Shown here: in pieces, positions 20,053 through 31,056 of the stretch
How positions within the stretch are numbered: the stretch's first letter is position 1
Layout of the letters: every line of letters starts with the position of its first letter
Origin: Chloropicon primus
Lineage: Eukaryota
DNA: 64,000 nt
NCBI GenBank assembly: GCA_023205875.1
Contig: CP060757.1
Span: 1,116,001 to 1,180,000, forward strand
Direction of reading: 5' to 3'
Translations under genes and position numbers: made by a program
Notes under the pieces: model-generated
What the model saw: the letters and a program-made list of their open reading frames with translations, nothing else
What the model was told of the DNA's origin: nothing
Database searches by the model: none

Positions 20053-22209
20053 ATGGGTGCGATGATGAAATTGGTTGTGGGGAGGGTGCAGGGGAAGGTG
20101 CAGGGGAAGGTGCAGGGGAGGGTGCAGGGGAGGGTGCAGGGGAAGGGTGTTGCGGGTCGTGCGCTGCACGCGCGGGGGAGGACTGCGGCCTCCTGTGCCG
20201 GGTCGGGCAGGCCGACCTGCTCTGGAGACCGCAGCAACGCGAACAGGAGGGGGAGCAGCGCTTGCTCGACGCGGGGCAGCTCGGGGCTGCTCGGTCTGCC
20301 GCTTCGCGCGTCGCCCTCGACGGAGGTGCGGACGGCGGAGGTGGACGAGGCCGCGCCCTCGCCGTCCACGGAGTTTCTTAGCGGCACCAGCGTGGGCGGC
20401 ACCTCCGGCCTGAAGCTGTCTGGCATCACCAAGTCGTTCAAGGCCAACTCCCTGCTCAACGGCGTGGAGTGGGAGGTGAAGAAGAAGGAGAGGGTGGGCC
20501 TCGTGGGCGTGAACGGGGCGGGGAAGTCGACGCTGCTGAAGATAATTACGGGGGAGGTCGAGCCCGACGAGGGCGAGATACTGGTCGCCAAGAAGAATAT
20601 GAAGGTGGCCTACCTGACCCAGGAGTTCGAGGTGGACCAGGACGCGACCGTCCTGGAGGAGTTCCTCAGCGTGTACTCGGACCAGGTCAAGATCCAGAGG
20701 GAGATAGAGAAAGTGCAGCTGGAGATCGAGGCCGCGACGGACGACCTCGACCGCATGGGAGACCTCATCGACGACCTGAACAAGCTGCAGGCCAAGGCGG
20801 ACACGTTCCTGGACATCAACGTCCTGGACAAAGCGATTGATCAGATGATGCCCAAGCTCGGCTTCAAGCAGGAGGACAAGGACAAGGTGGTGTCCTCGTT
20901 CTCCGGGGGGTGGCAGATGAGAGTCTCTCTGGGGAAGATACTTCTGAGGGAGCCGGACATCCTGCTTTTGGACGAGCCGACGAACCATTTGGACCTCGAC
21001 ACGATCTCGTGGCTCGAGGGGTACCTCAAGGAGCAGGACATCCCCATGGTCGTCGTGAGCCACGACAGGGAGTTCCTGGACCAGCTTTGCACGAAGATTG
21101 TCGAGCTCGAGAGGGGCCAGGCGAAGACCTACAAGGGCAACTACTCGGACTACGTGGAGCAGAAGGAGAAGGCGCTGATCCAGCAGAGGATCGCGTGGGA
21201 GAAGCAGCAGAAGGAGGTGAAGCGGCTGGAGGAGATGGCAGCGAGGCTGCAGGGGGGTGGGCAGGCCGGAAGGGCTGAGAGCGCAAAGAAGGAGCTCGAA
21301 AGGATCAAGGACCCCGAGACGTACGTGGAGAAGCCCTTTGAGTGGAAGTCGAGGAACTTCACCTTCCCAAACACGGAGCGCTGCGGGGAGGTCGTCCTCA
21401 GGATCAACAACCTCACGCACGGCTACGAGGGCAAGGAGTTGTTCAACAAGGCGAAATTGGTGCTTGAGAGAGGGGAAAGACTCGCCATTCTTGGCCCGAA
21501 CGGTGCCGGAAAGTCGACTCTTTTGAGGCTGATCTTGGGGCAGGAGGAGCCCTCTGGGGGGGGAGAGGCGACTCTGGGAGACCACAACATCGTGCCGAAC
21601 TACTTTGTGCAGAACCAGGCTGAGGACCTCGACCCAAACCTCTCTGCTCTGGAGACGCTGATAGATGCGGCTCCCGACGCCAAGATCAACGACCTCAAGG
21701 CCTTGCTGGGCAAGATGATGTTCAGCGGCGAGGCGATGAACAGGAAGGCCGGGGTTTTGTCTGGGGGAGAGAAAGCGAGGTTGGCGATGGCGAAGTTCAT
21801 GACAACTCCCGCCTCCCTGCTGGTCCTTGACGAACCTACAAACCACCTAGACATCCCAAGCAAGGAGATGCTGGAGCAAGCTTGCCAGAACTTTGAGGGG
21901 GCGATTGTCGCTGTGTCCCACGACAGGTACTTCCTCAAGAAGATTGCCACGAGGGTCCTGGAGATTAAGGACGGCCAGTTCACGAACTACGACGGTGACT
22001 ACAAGGTGTTTCTGGAGAAGAACGAGGAGGCGGCAGAGAAGGAGGGCAACAGAGAGCAAAAATTGAAGGAGCAAGAGAAGAAAATGATAAAGTCGAAGAG
22101 CAAGATCTCGAAAGCGGAGAAGAAGATGGCGAAGAAGCAAAAGGCAAAGCAATTTGCATCCTCGCAGAAGGGAAAGAAGGCGTCCAAGAACTCAAAGCGG
22201 TGGAGCTGA
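20053..22209 (+). CDS. ABC-F ATPase (plastid ABCF5-like)
   Basis: Two ABC cassettes (GVNGAGKST/FSGGWQMR/LLDEPTNHLD and GPNGAGKST/LSGGEKAR), with no TM segments. Confidence 0.93.
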   Translation: MGAMMKLVVGRVQGKVQGKVQGRVQGRVQGKGVAGRALHARGRTAASCAGSGRPTCSGDRSNANRRGSSACSTRGSSGLLGLPLRASPSTEVRTAEVDEAAPSPSTEFLSGTSVGGTSGLKLSGITKSFKANSLLNGVEWEVKKKERVGLVGVNGAGKSTLLKIITGEVEPDEGEILVAKKNMKVAYLTQEFEVDQDATVLEEFLSVYSDQVKIQREIEKVQLEIEAATDDLDRMGDLIDDLNKLQAKADTFLDINVLDKAIDQMMPKLGFKQEDKDKVVSSFSGGWQMRVSLGKILLREPDILLLDEPTNHLDLDTISWLEGYLKEQDIPMVVVSHDREFLDQLCTKIVELERGQAKTYKGNYSDYVEQKEKALIQQRIAWEKQQKEVKRLEEMAARLQGGGQAGRAESAKKELERIKDPETYVEKPFEWKSRNFTFPNTERCGEVVLRINNLTHGYEGKELFNKAKLVLERGERLAILGPNGAGKSTLLRLILGQEEPSGGGEATLGDHNIVPNYFVQNQAEDLDPNLSALETLIDAAPDAKINDLKALLGKMMFSGEAMNRKAGVLSGGEKARLAMAKFMTTPASLLVLDEPTNHLDIPSKEMLEQACQNFEGAIVAVSHDRYFLKKIATRVLEIKDGQFTNYDGDYKVFLEKNEEAAEKEGNREQKLKEQEKKMIKSKSKISKAEKKMAKKQKAKQFASSQKGKKASKNSKRWS
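20080..20145 (+). repeat. 12-bp coding tandem repeat GGGA(A/G)GGTGCAG x5.5
   Basis: Encodes (G[RK]VQ)n in the ABCF N-terminal extension. Confidence 0.9.
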
Positions 22210-22264
22210 ATCAAAAACTAAAAATGATTTTATTGTAAAGAGGGTTGGATGTTTTACAAGGACT

Positions 22265-24637
22265 TCAGGACTTCAGGGACAGAGCGCTGTACTTCTCAGG
22301 GAACTTTTCTTTCTGGGACATTATATGCCTGAGAGTGTTGTGGTAGAATTTTAGAGCCCTGTCGTTGCCCTCTGCTCCGGACGTTGTTAAGCTGGAGGTC
22401 TCGTTGGAGACGAGGTCGAGCAAGTTCTGCACATCCTCGGCCTTGATCAAGGCCTCGCCCTCCTGCTTGTCAAAGAAGAATAGATACTTGTTGAGGATGG
22501 CAATGAAGAGCTCCACTGGGCCCAACTCGCCTCTGCTTGACTTTGCCATGCCCTGCGCCTGCTTGGCCGCGGTCAGCGCTCTCTTCAAGCAAACCATCAC
22601 CTTCTCCGAGTTGCCCTCATCAGCGATGTTGAACAGGTGGGCACAGGAGAAGACAGAGACGCACTGGTCGCTCTTTTTCAGCAACTTAATGGACCACTTG
22701 GTGGCTGCAGAGCTCAGAGCATCAAAGTTGTCTTCTCCGAAGTTGGAGCACGAGGACAGGCACCCGATCAGCATCTTGAGAGCCTCTACCTGGGCCTTCT
22801 GATCAGGGATTCCGTTCTCGTAAATGTCGAAAGCGGCTGTCGCAAAGTCGTACGCGCTGTTCTCAAGTTTCTTCATGTCCGCAACGAGGATGCATTCCAA
22901 GTAGAGCTTGAAAGCCTTTTCTGGCTCTGGAACTTCGGAGATGACCTCGATCACACTGTGCAGGAACTTGAGCATCTTCTCGCATCTCTCCTCGTCGTCA
23001 TCCCTCTTCACCAGTTGCAGGACGTCGAAGACGACGGTGGGCAGCGTATGCTTCACCCTCAAGGGTCCGCCCTTCTCGAATCTCTCCTTTGCGAGCTTCA
23101 GAATGGCGAAGCTCTCGTCTATGGACTCGTCTTCGGACTTCATCTGGTGCACCAGCCTCGCCACCAGGTTTTGCTCCTCCTCGATCTCCTCCTCGTCCAC
23201 GTCGTCCTCGTCCTCCTCGGACTTGATATCTTCGACGATCGTGGAGATGAAGTCAAAGAGAGACGCGACCTTCTTGACGTTTGGAATGATCGTGCCCTTC
23301 TTGAGAATCTTCTCGATGATGTCCACGGCAACCGCGTTCTGCATTTGGGGGGAGAGCAACTGCATCACGTCGGGATAGGACTTCAAGTCCAGCAAGTCCG
23401 TGATGGCGTACGAGTCCAGGGGGGTCGTTAGGATCGACTTGAGCGTCCTGGACGCCTGGCTCGTGACGTCCGCGGTCTTCAGAGCCTCCGCGCACTTGCT
23501 CAGCACCTGGTCCACCCGGCCCAAGGCCTTGCCCTCCGAGGTCTTGACGGCAAAGTCCAGGATGGCAGCGTAGATGCTGGCGGCCGCCTGGCTGCCCACC
23601 TTCTCGCTGATCTTCGTCGCCGGGTCCAAGAGCCTCTCGAAGGTCTGGTGCTCCTCGAAGAGCCCGGAGGAGGTCTCCGGCTCGTTCTCCATGAAGTTGC
23701 TCAGCCTCTTGATGAGCCCGCACAGTATCTGGGCAACGTTCGTGTCTTGGTGCAGGTTTCCACAGCCCTCGACGAAGGTCTCCATCGTCTTGATGTGGAA
23801 CTCGTCAGGGAAGACCTGGATGATGCAGTCCATCAAGTAGTTCTGCGCCAGCTCGTCCTTGCAGTTGACGACCTGCTCCAGTATTCTTGGGAGAACGATC
23901 TCCCCGTACATCTCGACCCCGACGTCCTCCATGGAGGAGAGAATGACCAGGTTCTTCCCGACCAGATCCCTCAGCTCCTTCCTCTCCTTCTCCCGCTTGC
24001 CCCTCTCTCTCACCGGGCCCTGGTGCTTCATCCTGACCCACAGCTTGTTCATCTCCGTGAAGTTCTGAAGCACGAACTCGACCGCGTCCCCCGTGGAGCT
24101 CTCCTCGTCCACCTTGCACTCAATCAGGTTGAGGCCCTCCCTGGAGGTCTGAGTGAGGTACGTGCGCAGGAAGAGGCCGCGCACAGGGTGCTGGATGCCT
24201 CCGCACATCTCCACCAGGTCCTTCAGCAGGGACTTTATGGACGACTCGTGCGACCTGATGAACACCGACCCCACGGTCACGAGGAGGTACAGCCGGGGAA
24301 GGACGTTCCCGGCGTGCTGCACGAGCTCGTACAACTCGCTCGCTGTGTGCCCCTTGCCCCTCTGCTCCTCGAAAAACATCTCGAGCCCTCTCAGCTCGTC
24401 GAACGCGCGCATGTACAGCTCATAGTACTTCTGAGGCGACAGAAGAGAAGTCCTGAGCTCACCCAGCATCGCGCTGCTGTACTTGAAGACGTCACGCAAG
24501 TTGTCCTCATCGATAGCCTTCTTCATGTAAAACGCTTGCTGCTTCACCGCAGCTTTCGCGTCCGCCAGCCACTTGTCCTGCTCCGCCGCCAGGATCTGGT
24601 CCATGGTCGTCGGTGGGCTCGTACTCGGTGGCTCCAT
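22265..24637 (-). CDS. VPS35: Retromer subunit VPS35
   Basis: ELRTSLLSPQKYYELY, LPRLYLL, QHPVRGLFLR, NFTEMNKLWVRM, IIQVFPDEFH. Confidence 0.95.
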   Translation of the reverse strand: MEPPSTSPPTTMDQILAAEQDKWLADAKAAVKQQAFYMKKAIDEDNLRDVFKYSSAMLGELRTSLLSPQKYYELYMRAFDELRGLEMFFEEQRGKGHTASELYELVQHAGNVLPRLYLLVTVGSVFIRSHESSIKSLLKDLVEMCGGIQHPVRGLFLRTYLTQTSREGLNLIECKVDEESSTGDAVEFVLQNFTEMNKLWVRMKHQGPVRERGKREKERKELRDLVGKNLVILSSMEDVGVEMYGEIVLPRILEQVVNCKDELAQNYLMDCIIQVFPDEFHIKTMETFVEGCGNLHQDTNVAQILCGLIKRLSNFMENEPETSSGLFEEHQTFERLLDPATKISEKVGSQAAASIYAAILDFAVKTSEGKALGRVDQVLSKCAEALKTADVTSQASRTLKSILTTPLDSYAITDLLDLKSYPDVMQLLSPQMQNAVAVDIIEKILKKGTIIPNVKKVASLFDFISTIVEDIKSEEDEDDVDEEEIEEEQNLVARLVHQMKSEDESIDESFAILKLAKERFEKGGPLRVKHTLPTVVFDVLQLVKRDDDEERCEKMLKFLHSVIEVISEVPEPEKAFKLYLECILVADMKKLENSAYDFATAAFDIYENGIPDQKAQVEALKMLIGCLSSCSNFGEDNFDALSSAATKWSIKLLKKSDQCVSVFSCAHLFNIADEGNSEKVMVCLKRALTAAKQAQGMAKSSRGELGPVELFIAILNKYLFFFDKQEGEALIKAEDVQNLLDLVSNETSSLTTSGAEGNDRALKFYHNTLRHIMSQKEKFPEKYSALSLKS

Positions 24638-24882
24638 CCCCTCTCCTCTCCCCTGCACTCGACCAACCTTCCCAAAAACAATACTCTCCTCCCTTCTCTC
24701 TAGGTTTTTTCCCTCCTCCACACCAAAAGATCGAGGCTCCTCTCCCCCCTACTCTCTTCTCTCGGCGAAAAAGCGCCTGACAGCTGACGAGGAAACGTGG
24801 CACGAGGGAGGTGGGTGGCACCGGCACCAAGGAGGAGGGGAGGAGAGGTAGAGGAGTGAGTGACTGAAGGAGTTGGAACGAG

Positions 24883-27800
24883 ATGGAGGCTGTGGCGTAC
24901 GTGAATGGGAAGAGGCACGTCTTGCCGGAGGGGAAGGCGGAGTACACGCTGCTGCAGTGGCTGAGGGAGGAGGGGCTTACGGGGACGAAGCTCGGTTGCG
25001 GCGAGGGTGGCTGCGGGGCGTGCACGGTGATGGTGTCCGCGTACGACTGTGCTAGCGAGAGGGTGGTGCACAGGTCCGCGAACGCTTGCCTGACGCCCCT
25101 TTACGCGGTCGAGTCGTGCCAGGTGGTCACCGTGGAGGGACTTGGGACGGAGAAGCGCATGCACCCCATACAAGAGAAGCTCGCCCTGGCCCACGGCTCC
25201 CAGTGCGGCTTCTGCACCCCCGGGTTCGTCATGTCGATGTACTCTCTGTACAGGGCGAGGATCCAGGACGCGAGGGGGGCGCCGACCATGGAGGAGATCG
25301 AGGACCAGCTCGCCGGGAACCTTTGCAGGTGCACGGGCTACAGGCCCATCCTCGAGGCCTTCAGGCACTTTTCCAAGGGCAACGACGAGAGCTACTACAC
25401 CAGGAGCGACTTGGCGGCCTCCGAGAGCGGCGGCTGCTGCGGGGGCGGCGGAGGGGGGTGCCCCTGCAAGGAGGGGAATGGGGTCAGCGAGAACGGCGGG
25501 GAAGGGGCGGCCAACGGCAACGGCGTCCGCGCCCCCTCGGAGCCCATCTTCCCATTTGAGCTCAAGGAGCGCGCCAGGAGCGTGCGCAAGCAGAAGGCTT
25601 CCCTCGTGATGAAGGGGCCAAGGGCGACCTGGTTCAGACCCACGAGCGTCCAGGAGCTCCTTGACTTGAAGAAGGAGCACGGGGCGAACACCAAGCTCGT
25701 GTGCGGGAACACGGAGGTGGGCATCGAGGTGAAGTTCAAGCACTGCGACTACAAGGTCCTCGTGTCTCCGATGTGGGTTCCGGAGCTCGTCAGCATGGCA
25801 TTCAGCGAGGGCAAGAGAGTGGTCACCTTCGGAGCGTGCACGACATTGACTTCGGTCGACGAGTACCTGAAGGAGCTCTCGGACAAGGTCCAGAGCTTCG
25901 AGGCTTCGGGCTTCAAGGCGATTTTCAGACAGCTCAAGTGGTTTGCTGGGCACCAGATCAAGAACATGGCTTCCATCGCAGGAAACGTGTGCACTGGCAG
26001 CCCAATCAGCGACCTGAACCCACTCTGGATGTGCTCCGGAGCCACGTTCCGGGTCGCTGGGGGCGACTTGACCCAGACGAGAGAAGTGAAGGCGGAGGAC
26101 TTCTTCTTGGGCTACAGGCAGGTGGACCTGAAGGAGCACGAGATTCTCTACGAGGTGGACCTGCCTTGCACGAGGAAGTACGAGTACGTCCAGGAATTCA
26201 AGCAGGCTCACAGAAGGGAGGACGACATCTCCATCGTCTGCGCTGGAATGAGAGTCAAGTTCCAGTGCGTTGACGGTGACTGGGTTGTGGAAGACATCTC
26301 CCTGGCCTATGGAGGCGTCGCGGCAAAGACGGTCATGGCGCCCAAGACCCAGAGGGCCTTGCTAGGGAAGAAGTGGGACAGAGAGACCCTCGCGTTGGGA
26401 CTCAACTCCCTCAAGGAGGAGCTGTACATTGCTCCAAATGCTCCCGGCGGAATGATCGAGTTCAGGAGGTCCTTGATTGCCTCGTTCTTCTTCAAGTTTT
26501 TCGCGAGCACTTCGCTCCAGCTTGCTGCCGATTCCGAGGCGGGTCAGAAGTACAACCCAACCCTGGAGTCCGAAGAGATTTCAGCGGCGGACTTGTACTC
26601 GAGGCCAGCTAGCGACGGACTGCAGCTTTACGATTACGAGAAGGGTGAGAACATTATTGGCCAGGCCATCCCTCACGCCTCTGCAAAATTGCAGGTTACC
26701 GGCGAGGCGAAGTATGTGGACGATATTCCACTGAGCAAAAACTGTTTGCACGCCGCGCTCGTGCTGTCCACCAAACCCCATGCTCTCCTGAAGGACGTTG
26801 ACGCCAAGGAAGCCCTGGGTATGCCTGGCGTGGTGGGTTACTATGGCCACGAGCAAGTGCCAGGTGGGAATGACATTGGTCCTGTCATACCTGACGAAGA
26901 ATGCTTTGCTTCCAAGGAAGTCACGTGTGTTGGCCAAGTCATTGGTATCGTGGTGGCAGAAACAGAGCAGGAAGCCAGGGATGCTGCGAGGGCGGTGAAG
27001 GTGACCTACGAGGACCTGCCTTACATCATGTCCATCGAGGAAGCTATCGAACAGGATAGCTTCTATCCAGCAAACTGGGAGTCGAGGGTGGAGAGAGGCA
27101 ACGTGGACGCGTGCTTTGCGAGTGAGGCTTGCACGCACGTCATTGAAGGAGACATGAAGATTGGCGCACAAGACCACTTTTACTTGGAGACGAACGCCTG
27201 CAATGTCATTCCACAGGAGGGCGACGAGATTCTTACGTACTCCTCGACCCAGGCACCGGCAAAGCACCAAAGGGCGATCGCCCATGTGTTGGGTATCCCA
27301 GAGCACAAGGTCGTTTGCAAAACGAAGAGGCTTGGTGGCGGGTTTGGTGGCAAGGAAACGAGGGCGATATTCATCAATTGCGCTGCTGCTGTCCCTGCGT
27401 ACGATTTGCAGCGACCAGTGCGCCTGTGCTTGGACAGGGACGAGGACATGCAAATCACAGGCCACCGCCATGCATTCTATGGCAAGTACAAGGTGGGCTT
27501 CAACGACAAGGGCGAGATCTTGGCGGTGGATCTCAAGATTTACAACAACGGAGGCAACTCGTTAGATTTGTCTGCAGCTGTCATGCAGAGGGCCGTCCTG
27601 CACGCAGATAACTGTTACAACTACCCAAATGCCAGGTTTCATGGACGAATCTGCAAAACCAACATATCATCAAACACAGCCTTTAGGGGATTCGGGGGGC
27701 CTCAGGGAATGATTGTCACGGAAGCCTGGATGGACCACGTCGCCAAGGAGCTCAAGATGGACGTAGAACAAGTGAGGTTTGCCAATCTCTACCGAGAGGG

Positions 27801-28935
27801 CGACCGAATTCCTTGTGGCATGAAATTGGATGGGTTCCAGATCACTAGGATATGGGAGGAATTAAGGGAGAGCACGAAATTCGATGCCAGGAGGCAGCAA
27901 GTCGAAGAGTTCAACAAGAAGAACAAGTACAGGAAGCGAGGCATCGCGTTCATTCCAACAAAGTTCGGCATTGCTTTCACCCTCCTTTACTTCAACCAAG
28001 GCGGAGCGCTGGTTCACATCTACACGGATGGCACAGTCCTGGTAACACACGGAGGAGTGGAGATGGGGCAGGGGCTGCACACAAAGATAGCTCAGATCGC
28101 TGCCCAGGCCTTCAAGATTCAGGCCAAGGATGTCTTCATCTCTGAAACTTCGACCGACAAGGTCCCCAACGCATCTCCAACTGCTGCATCGGCGAGTTCA
28201 GACATGTACGGAGCCGCTGTGCTCGACGCTTGCAACCAGCTGAACGAGAGGCTGCAAAAGTACAGAGACATGCTTCCGGGGGCAACATTTGGGGAGGTAG
28301 TGATGACTGCCCACAAGGATAGAGTGGACTTGAGCGCCCATGGCTTTTACAAGATGCCAGAAGTCGGCGGATTCGGTAGTGAGAGGCCATTCTTGTACTA
28401 CACCTACGGGGCTGCTTGCAGCGAGGTGGAGGTGGATGTCCTCACAGGTGATTTCCAGATCCACAAGACGGATATCCTCATGGATGTAGGCAATTCGATC
28501 AACCCCGCGATTGACATCGGTCAAATTGAGGGTGGATTCATGCAGGGCTTGGGTTTGATGACCATTGAAGAGGCGGTGTGGGGAGACAAGGACCACCCTT
28601 GGGTGAGACCAGGCTACTTGCAGACGAGAGGGCCTGGCACGTACAAGATCCCAACGGCAAACGACATTCCTATCGAGCTCAACGTGTCTTTGCTCCAGAA
28701 TGCGCCAAACCCTCACGCGGTGGCGTCCTCAAAAGCAATTGGGGAACCGCCGCTCTTCTTGGGATCCTCCGTTTTCTTCGCCATAAAGGATGCCATTTAC
28801 AACTCCAGGGCCGGCGAAGGCGCGGGAGGCTTCTTCCCATTGCACTCACCAGCGACGCCTGAGAAGATCAGAATGTCTTGTGTCGACAAGTTCACGGATC
28901 ACGGCAAGGACTATCAGGCGAAAACTAGTGTGTAA
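24883..28935 (+). CDS. XDH: Xanthine dehydrogenase
   Basis: GTKLGCGEGGCGACTV and GNLCRCTGY (2Fe-2S), FAD domain, GGGFGGKETR, AFRGFGGPQG, SKAIGEPP. Confidence 0.97.
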   Translation: MEAVAYVNGKRHVLPEGKAEYTLLQWLREEGLTGTKLGCGEGGCGACTVMVSAYDCASERVVHRSANACLTPLYAVESCQVVTVEGLGTEKRMHPIQEKLALAHGSQCGFCTPGFVMSMYSLYRARIQDARGAPTMEEIEDQLAGNLCRCTGYRPILEAFRHFSKGNDESYYTRSDLAASESGGCCGGGGGGCPCKEGNGVSENGGEGAANGNGVRAPSEPIFPFELKERARSVRKQKASLVMKGPRATWFRPTSVQELLDLKKEHGANTKLVCGNTEVGIEVKFKHCDYKVLVSPMWVPELVSMAFSEGKRVVTFGACTTLTSVDEYLKELSDKVQSFEASGFKAIFRQLKWFAGHQIKNMASIAGNVCTGSPISDLNPLWMCSGATFRVAGGDLTQTREVKAEDFFLGYRQVDLKEHEILYEVDLPCTRKYEYVQEFKQAHRREDDISIVCAGMRVKFQCVDGDWVVEDISLAYGGVAAKTVMAPKTQRALLGKKWDRETLALGLNSLKEELYIAPNAPGGMIEFRRSLIASFFFKFFASTSLQLAADSEAGQKYNPTLESEEISAADLYSRPASDGLQLYDYEKGENIIGQAIPHASAKLQVTGEAKYVDDIPLSKNCLHAALVLSTKPHALLKDVDAKEALGMPGVVGYYGHEQVPGGNDIGPVIPDEECFASKEVTCVGQVIGIVVAETEQEARDAARAVKVTYEDLPYIMSIEEAIEQDSFYPANWESRVERGNVDACFASEACTHVIEGDMKIGAQDHFYLETNACNVIPQEGDEILTYSSTQAPAKHQRAIAHVLGIPEHKVVCKTKRLGGGFGGKETRAIFINCAAAVPAYDLQRPVRLCLDRDEDMQITGHRHAFYGKYKVGFNDKGEILAVDLKIYNNGGNSLDLSAAVMQRAVLHADNCYNYPNARFHGRICKTNISSNTAFRGFGGPQGMIVTEAWMDHVAKELKMDVEQVRFANLYREGDRIPCGMKLDGFQITRIWEELRESTKFDARRQQVEEFNKKNKYRKRGIAFIPTKFGIAFTLLYFNQGGALVHIYTDGTVLVTHGGVEMGQGLHTKIAQIAAQAFKIQAKDVFISETSTDKVPNASPTAASASSDMYGAAVLDACNQLNERLQKYRDMLPGATFGEVVMTAHKDRVDLSAHGFYKMPEVGGFGSERPFLYYTYGAACSEVEVDVLTGDFQIHKTDILMDVGNSINPAIDIGQIEGGFMQGLGLMTIEEAVWGDKDHPWVRPGYLQTRGPGTYKIPTANDIPIELNVSLLQNAPNPHAVASSKAIGEPPLFLGSSVFFAIKDAIYNSRAGEGAGGFFPLHSPATPEKIRMSCVDKFTDHGKDYQAKTSV

Positions 28936-28978
28936 ATAGAATTCAATATTGATTATTTCATTGATTATTCTCAAGTTG

Positions 28979-30775
28979 CTAGAGAACGTCCCATACTTTC
29001 ACGAAACCGTCGTTTCCACCGCTTGCCAACTTGGTTCCCTCGTCGTTCCACCCCAAGCAACAAATCTTACCCGTGTGCCCACTGAATGTGACAGTGTGCG
29101 AACCGTCTTCTGCGTTCCAGATGTGGACCTTCCCGTCCCATCCGCAAGTCGCGAGCTTGTCCCCGGACGGAGAAAACGAAAGGCAAGATATCGAAGTCGT
29201 AGACCCTGCAGGCGGGGTGTGCTGATCCACGAGGTCGTACAAGCCCGACCCGCACGCCAGGTCAAACACCCGCACAGTTCCATCGCTACAGCCTGCAGCG
29301 AGGAGGACAGCAGAATCTTCGCTGACGGTGGAATCTACGCAAGTGATTTTTCCGCGGAACCCCTCAAAGTGATTCACGTGCGCCACCAGCTTGCCGTCTG
29401 CCCAGCCTTGCTTGCCATTCACATTCCACACGAGAAGTCTAGAAGTCTCGCGTTTGACATCGAAGTGGCAGGTGACCAACAAATCGTCCTCCTCGACGCG
29501 GACAAACAAACACAAGTTCACAGCCCCGCTGTCCCAATCTACGGTTTGAGTGCACCTACCCTCACCGACGTCCCAGAGCTTAAAGGTGTTGTCTGCCGAA
29601 GCGGTTGCAAGGATCTTTGTGTCGCTCGAGAAATCAGCCCACGTCACCATCTGGCTGTGGCCAGAGAGAACCTTTTCGCATGCTTCACCCGAAGCGAGAT
29701 CCCAAACTCTGGCAGTGCAATCGGTCGAAGATGTGATGAGGACGTCCCTGCCACCGGACTCCCCGTAGCAGGAACTGGTCGCTCGACCGGCGTGGCCCTC
29801 TAAAACCCTCTTGCGCGTCACCTCACCTCCGTGGCAGACCTCCCAAACCCTCACAGTCTTGTCCAGCGACAGCGACACCAGCTGCTCCCCGTCCCGAGAC
29901 CATCGAACGGACGTCACTTTGTCTTTGTGGTCTCTCGAAACCTTTATCGGAATGCCCGAGTCGCCACACCAGAGTCTCACGGTCCCGTCCAAGGAGCATG
30001 TGGCCAGCAGTGGCCTCGCCAAGGAGGCCCCTGAGCCTCTGGGCCTCCACGCCAGAGACTGCACGGTATCCGCGTGCCCCCCAAGATTCAGGCGCAGCGA
30101 GTCCCTGGAACACGCGTCCTCAATTCTGCAGAGAGCTCCCTTGCATTCTCCGCTCGAAAAGCTCAAGTCCGCCGCCAGCCTCATCTCAGAGATGGCCTCC
30201 TTGTGCCTCTTGAGCGCGGAGTAGGCCAGCGCACACCTGTAGCGGGCCTTGACGTACCGAGGACTTATCGAGGCAGCCCTCGTCGCGTCCCTCAGCGCCT
30301 TGTCGATTTCGCCCATCTCAAACCAGGCGGCCGACCTATTGCAGTAAAGCGTCGACTCGTTTGGCGTCCAATTCAGAGCCTCCGTGTAATGCTTCACCGC
30401 GTCTCCGTAGCGTCCCTCCCCAAAGCTCTGGTTGCCTCTCAACTTGGCCTCCGTCGCCATGTACCTGGGCTTGGCCATAGCATTTTCAGACCCGTTTCGC
30501 ACTTCCGCGGGGACCCAGTCCTGCCCGCGTCCGCCGTCCGCCTCCGATGAGTTCTCTGCGTGCGCCTCACCGCTCGGACTCGGTCTTCTCGAGCTCAGGT
30601 GCTTCAGCACAGTTTGGTACGCCTTCTGCACCAGGTGAAACTCCACGTCGTTCCCACCCTTGTCCGGGTGCGCCCTCTTCAGGGCGGACGCGTACTGCTT
30701 CTTCAGCTCATCCCTCGTGCACGTTCGACTCAAACCCAGCACCTCGTACGCCGTCCCTCTCCTCCTCGTCGCCAT
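28979..30775 (-). CDS. J-domain + TPR + WD40 repeat protein (copy A)
   Basis: YEVLGL...HPDKGG, KLRGNQSF..A..HYTEAL..YCNRSAA, and multiple GH...WD repeats. Confidence 0.85.
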   Translation of the reverse strand: MATRRRGTAYEVLGLSRTCTRDELKKQYASALKRAHPDKGGNDVEFHLVQKAYQTVLKHLSSRRPSPSGEAHAENSSEADGGRGQDWVPAEVRNGSENAMAKPRYMATEAKLRGNQSFGEGRYGDAVKHYTEALNWTPNESTLYCNRSAAWFEMGEIDKALRDATRAASISPRYVKARYRCALAYSALKRHKEAISEMRLAADLSFSSGECKGALCRIEDACSRDSLRLNLGGHADTVQSLAWRPRGSGASLARPLLATCSLDGTVRLWCGDSGIPIKVSRDHKDKVTSVRWSRDGEQLVSLSLDKTVRVWEVCHGGEVTRKRVLEGHAGRATSSCYGESGGRDVLITSSTDCTARVWDLASGEACEKVLSGHSQMVTWADFSSDTKILATASADNTFKLWDVGEGRCTQTVDWDSGAVNLCLFVRVEEDDLLVTCHFDVKRETSRLLVWNVNGKQGWADGKLVAHVNHFEGFRGKITCVDSTVSEDSAVLLAAGCSDGTVRVFDLACGSGLYDLVDQHTPPAGSTTSISCLSFSPSGDKLATCGWDGKVHIWNAEDGSHTVTFSGHTGKICCLGWNDEGTKLASGGNDGFVKVWDVL

Positions 30776-31056
30776 CCCTCCAAGTTTGCCCCCCCCTCCC
30801 ACGCCACGCACACCACCACCTTCTGACGATCCCAAGCCCAAGCACGAGCGATCGAAAAGGATCGAGCTCGATCGAGGCGGTGTACTTTCCCTGCCTCCTA
30901 CCACTGCTCGCGTCCTCGCCCCCACCCCTTGCCAAACTCCCGACGTCTCGCCATCCCTCCTCCGCCAGAGGCGTTTCGTTCAAAGCGTTTTCCACCACGG
31001 ATCTCTCGGGGCGAGGAGCGGGGGCTTGAGTGCGACCAGACCAAAGGTGTTGTGTC

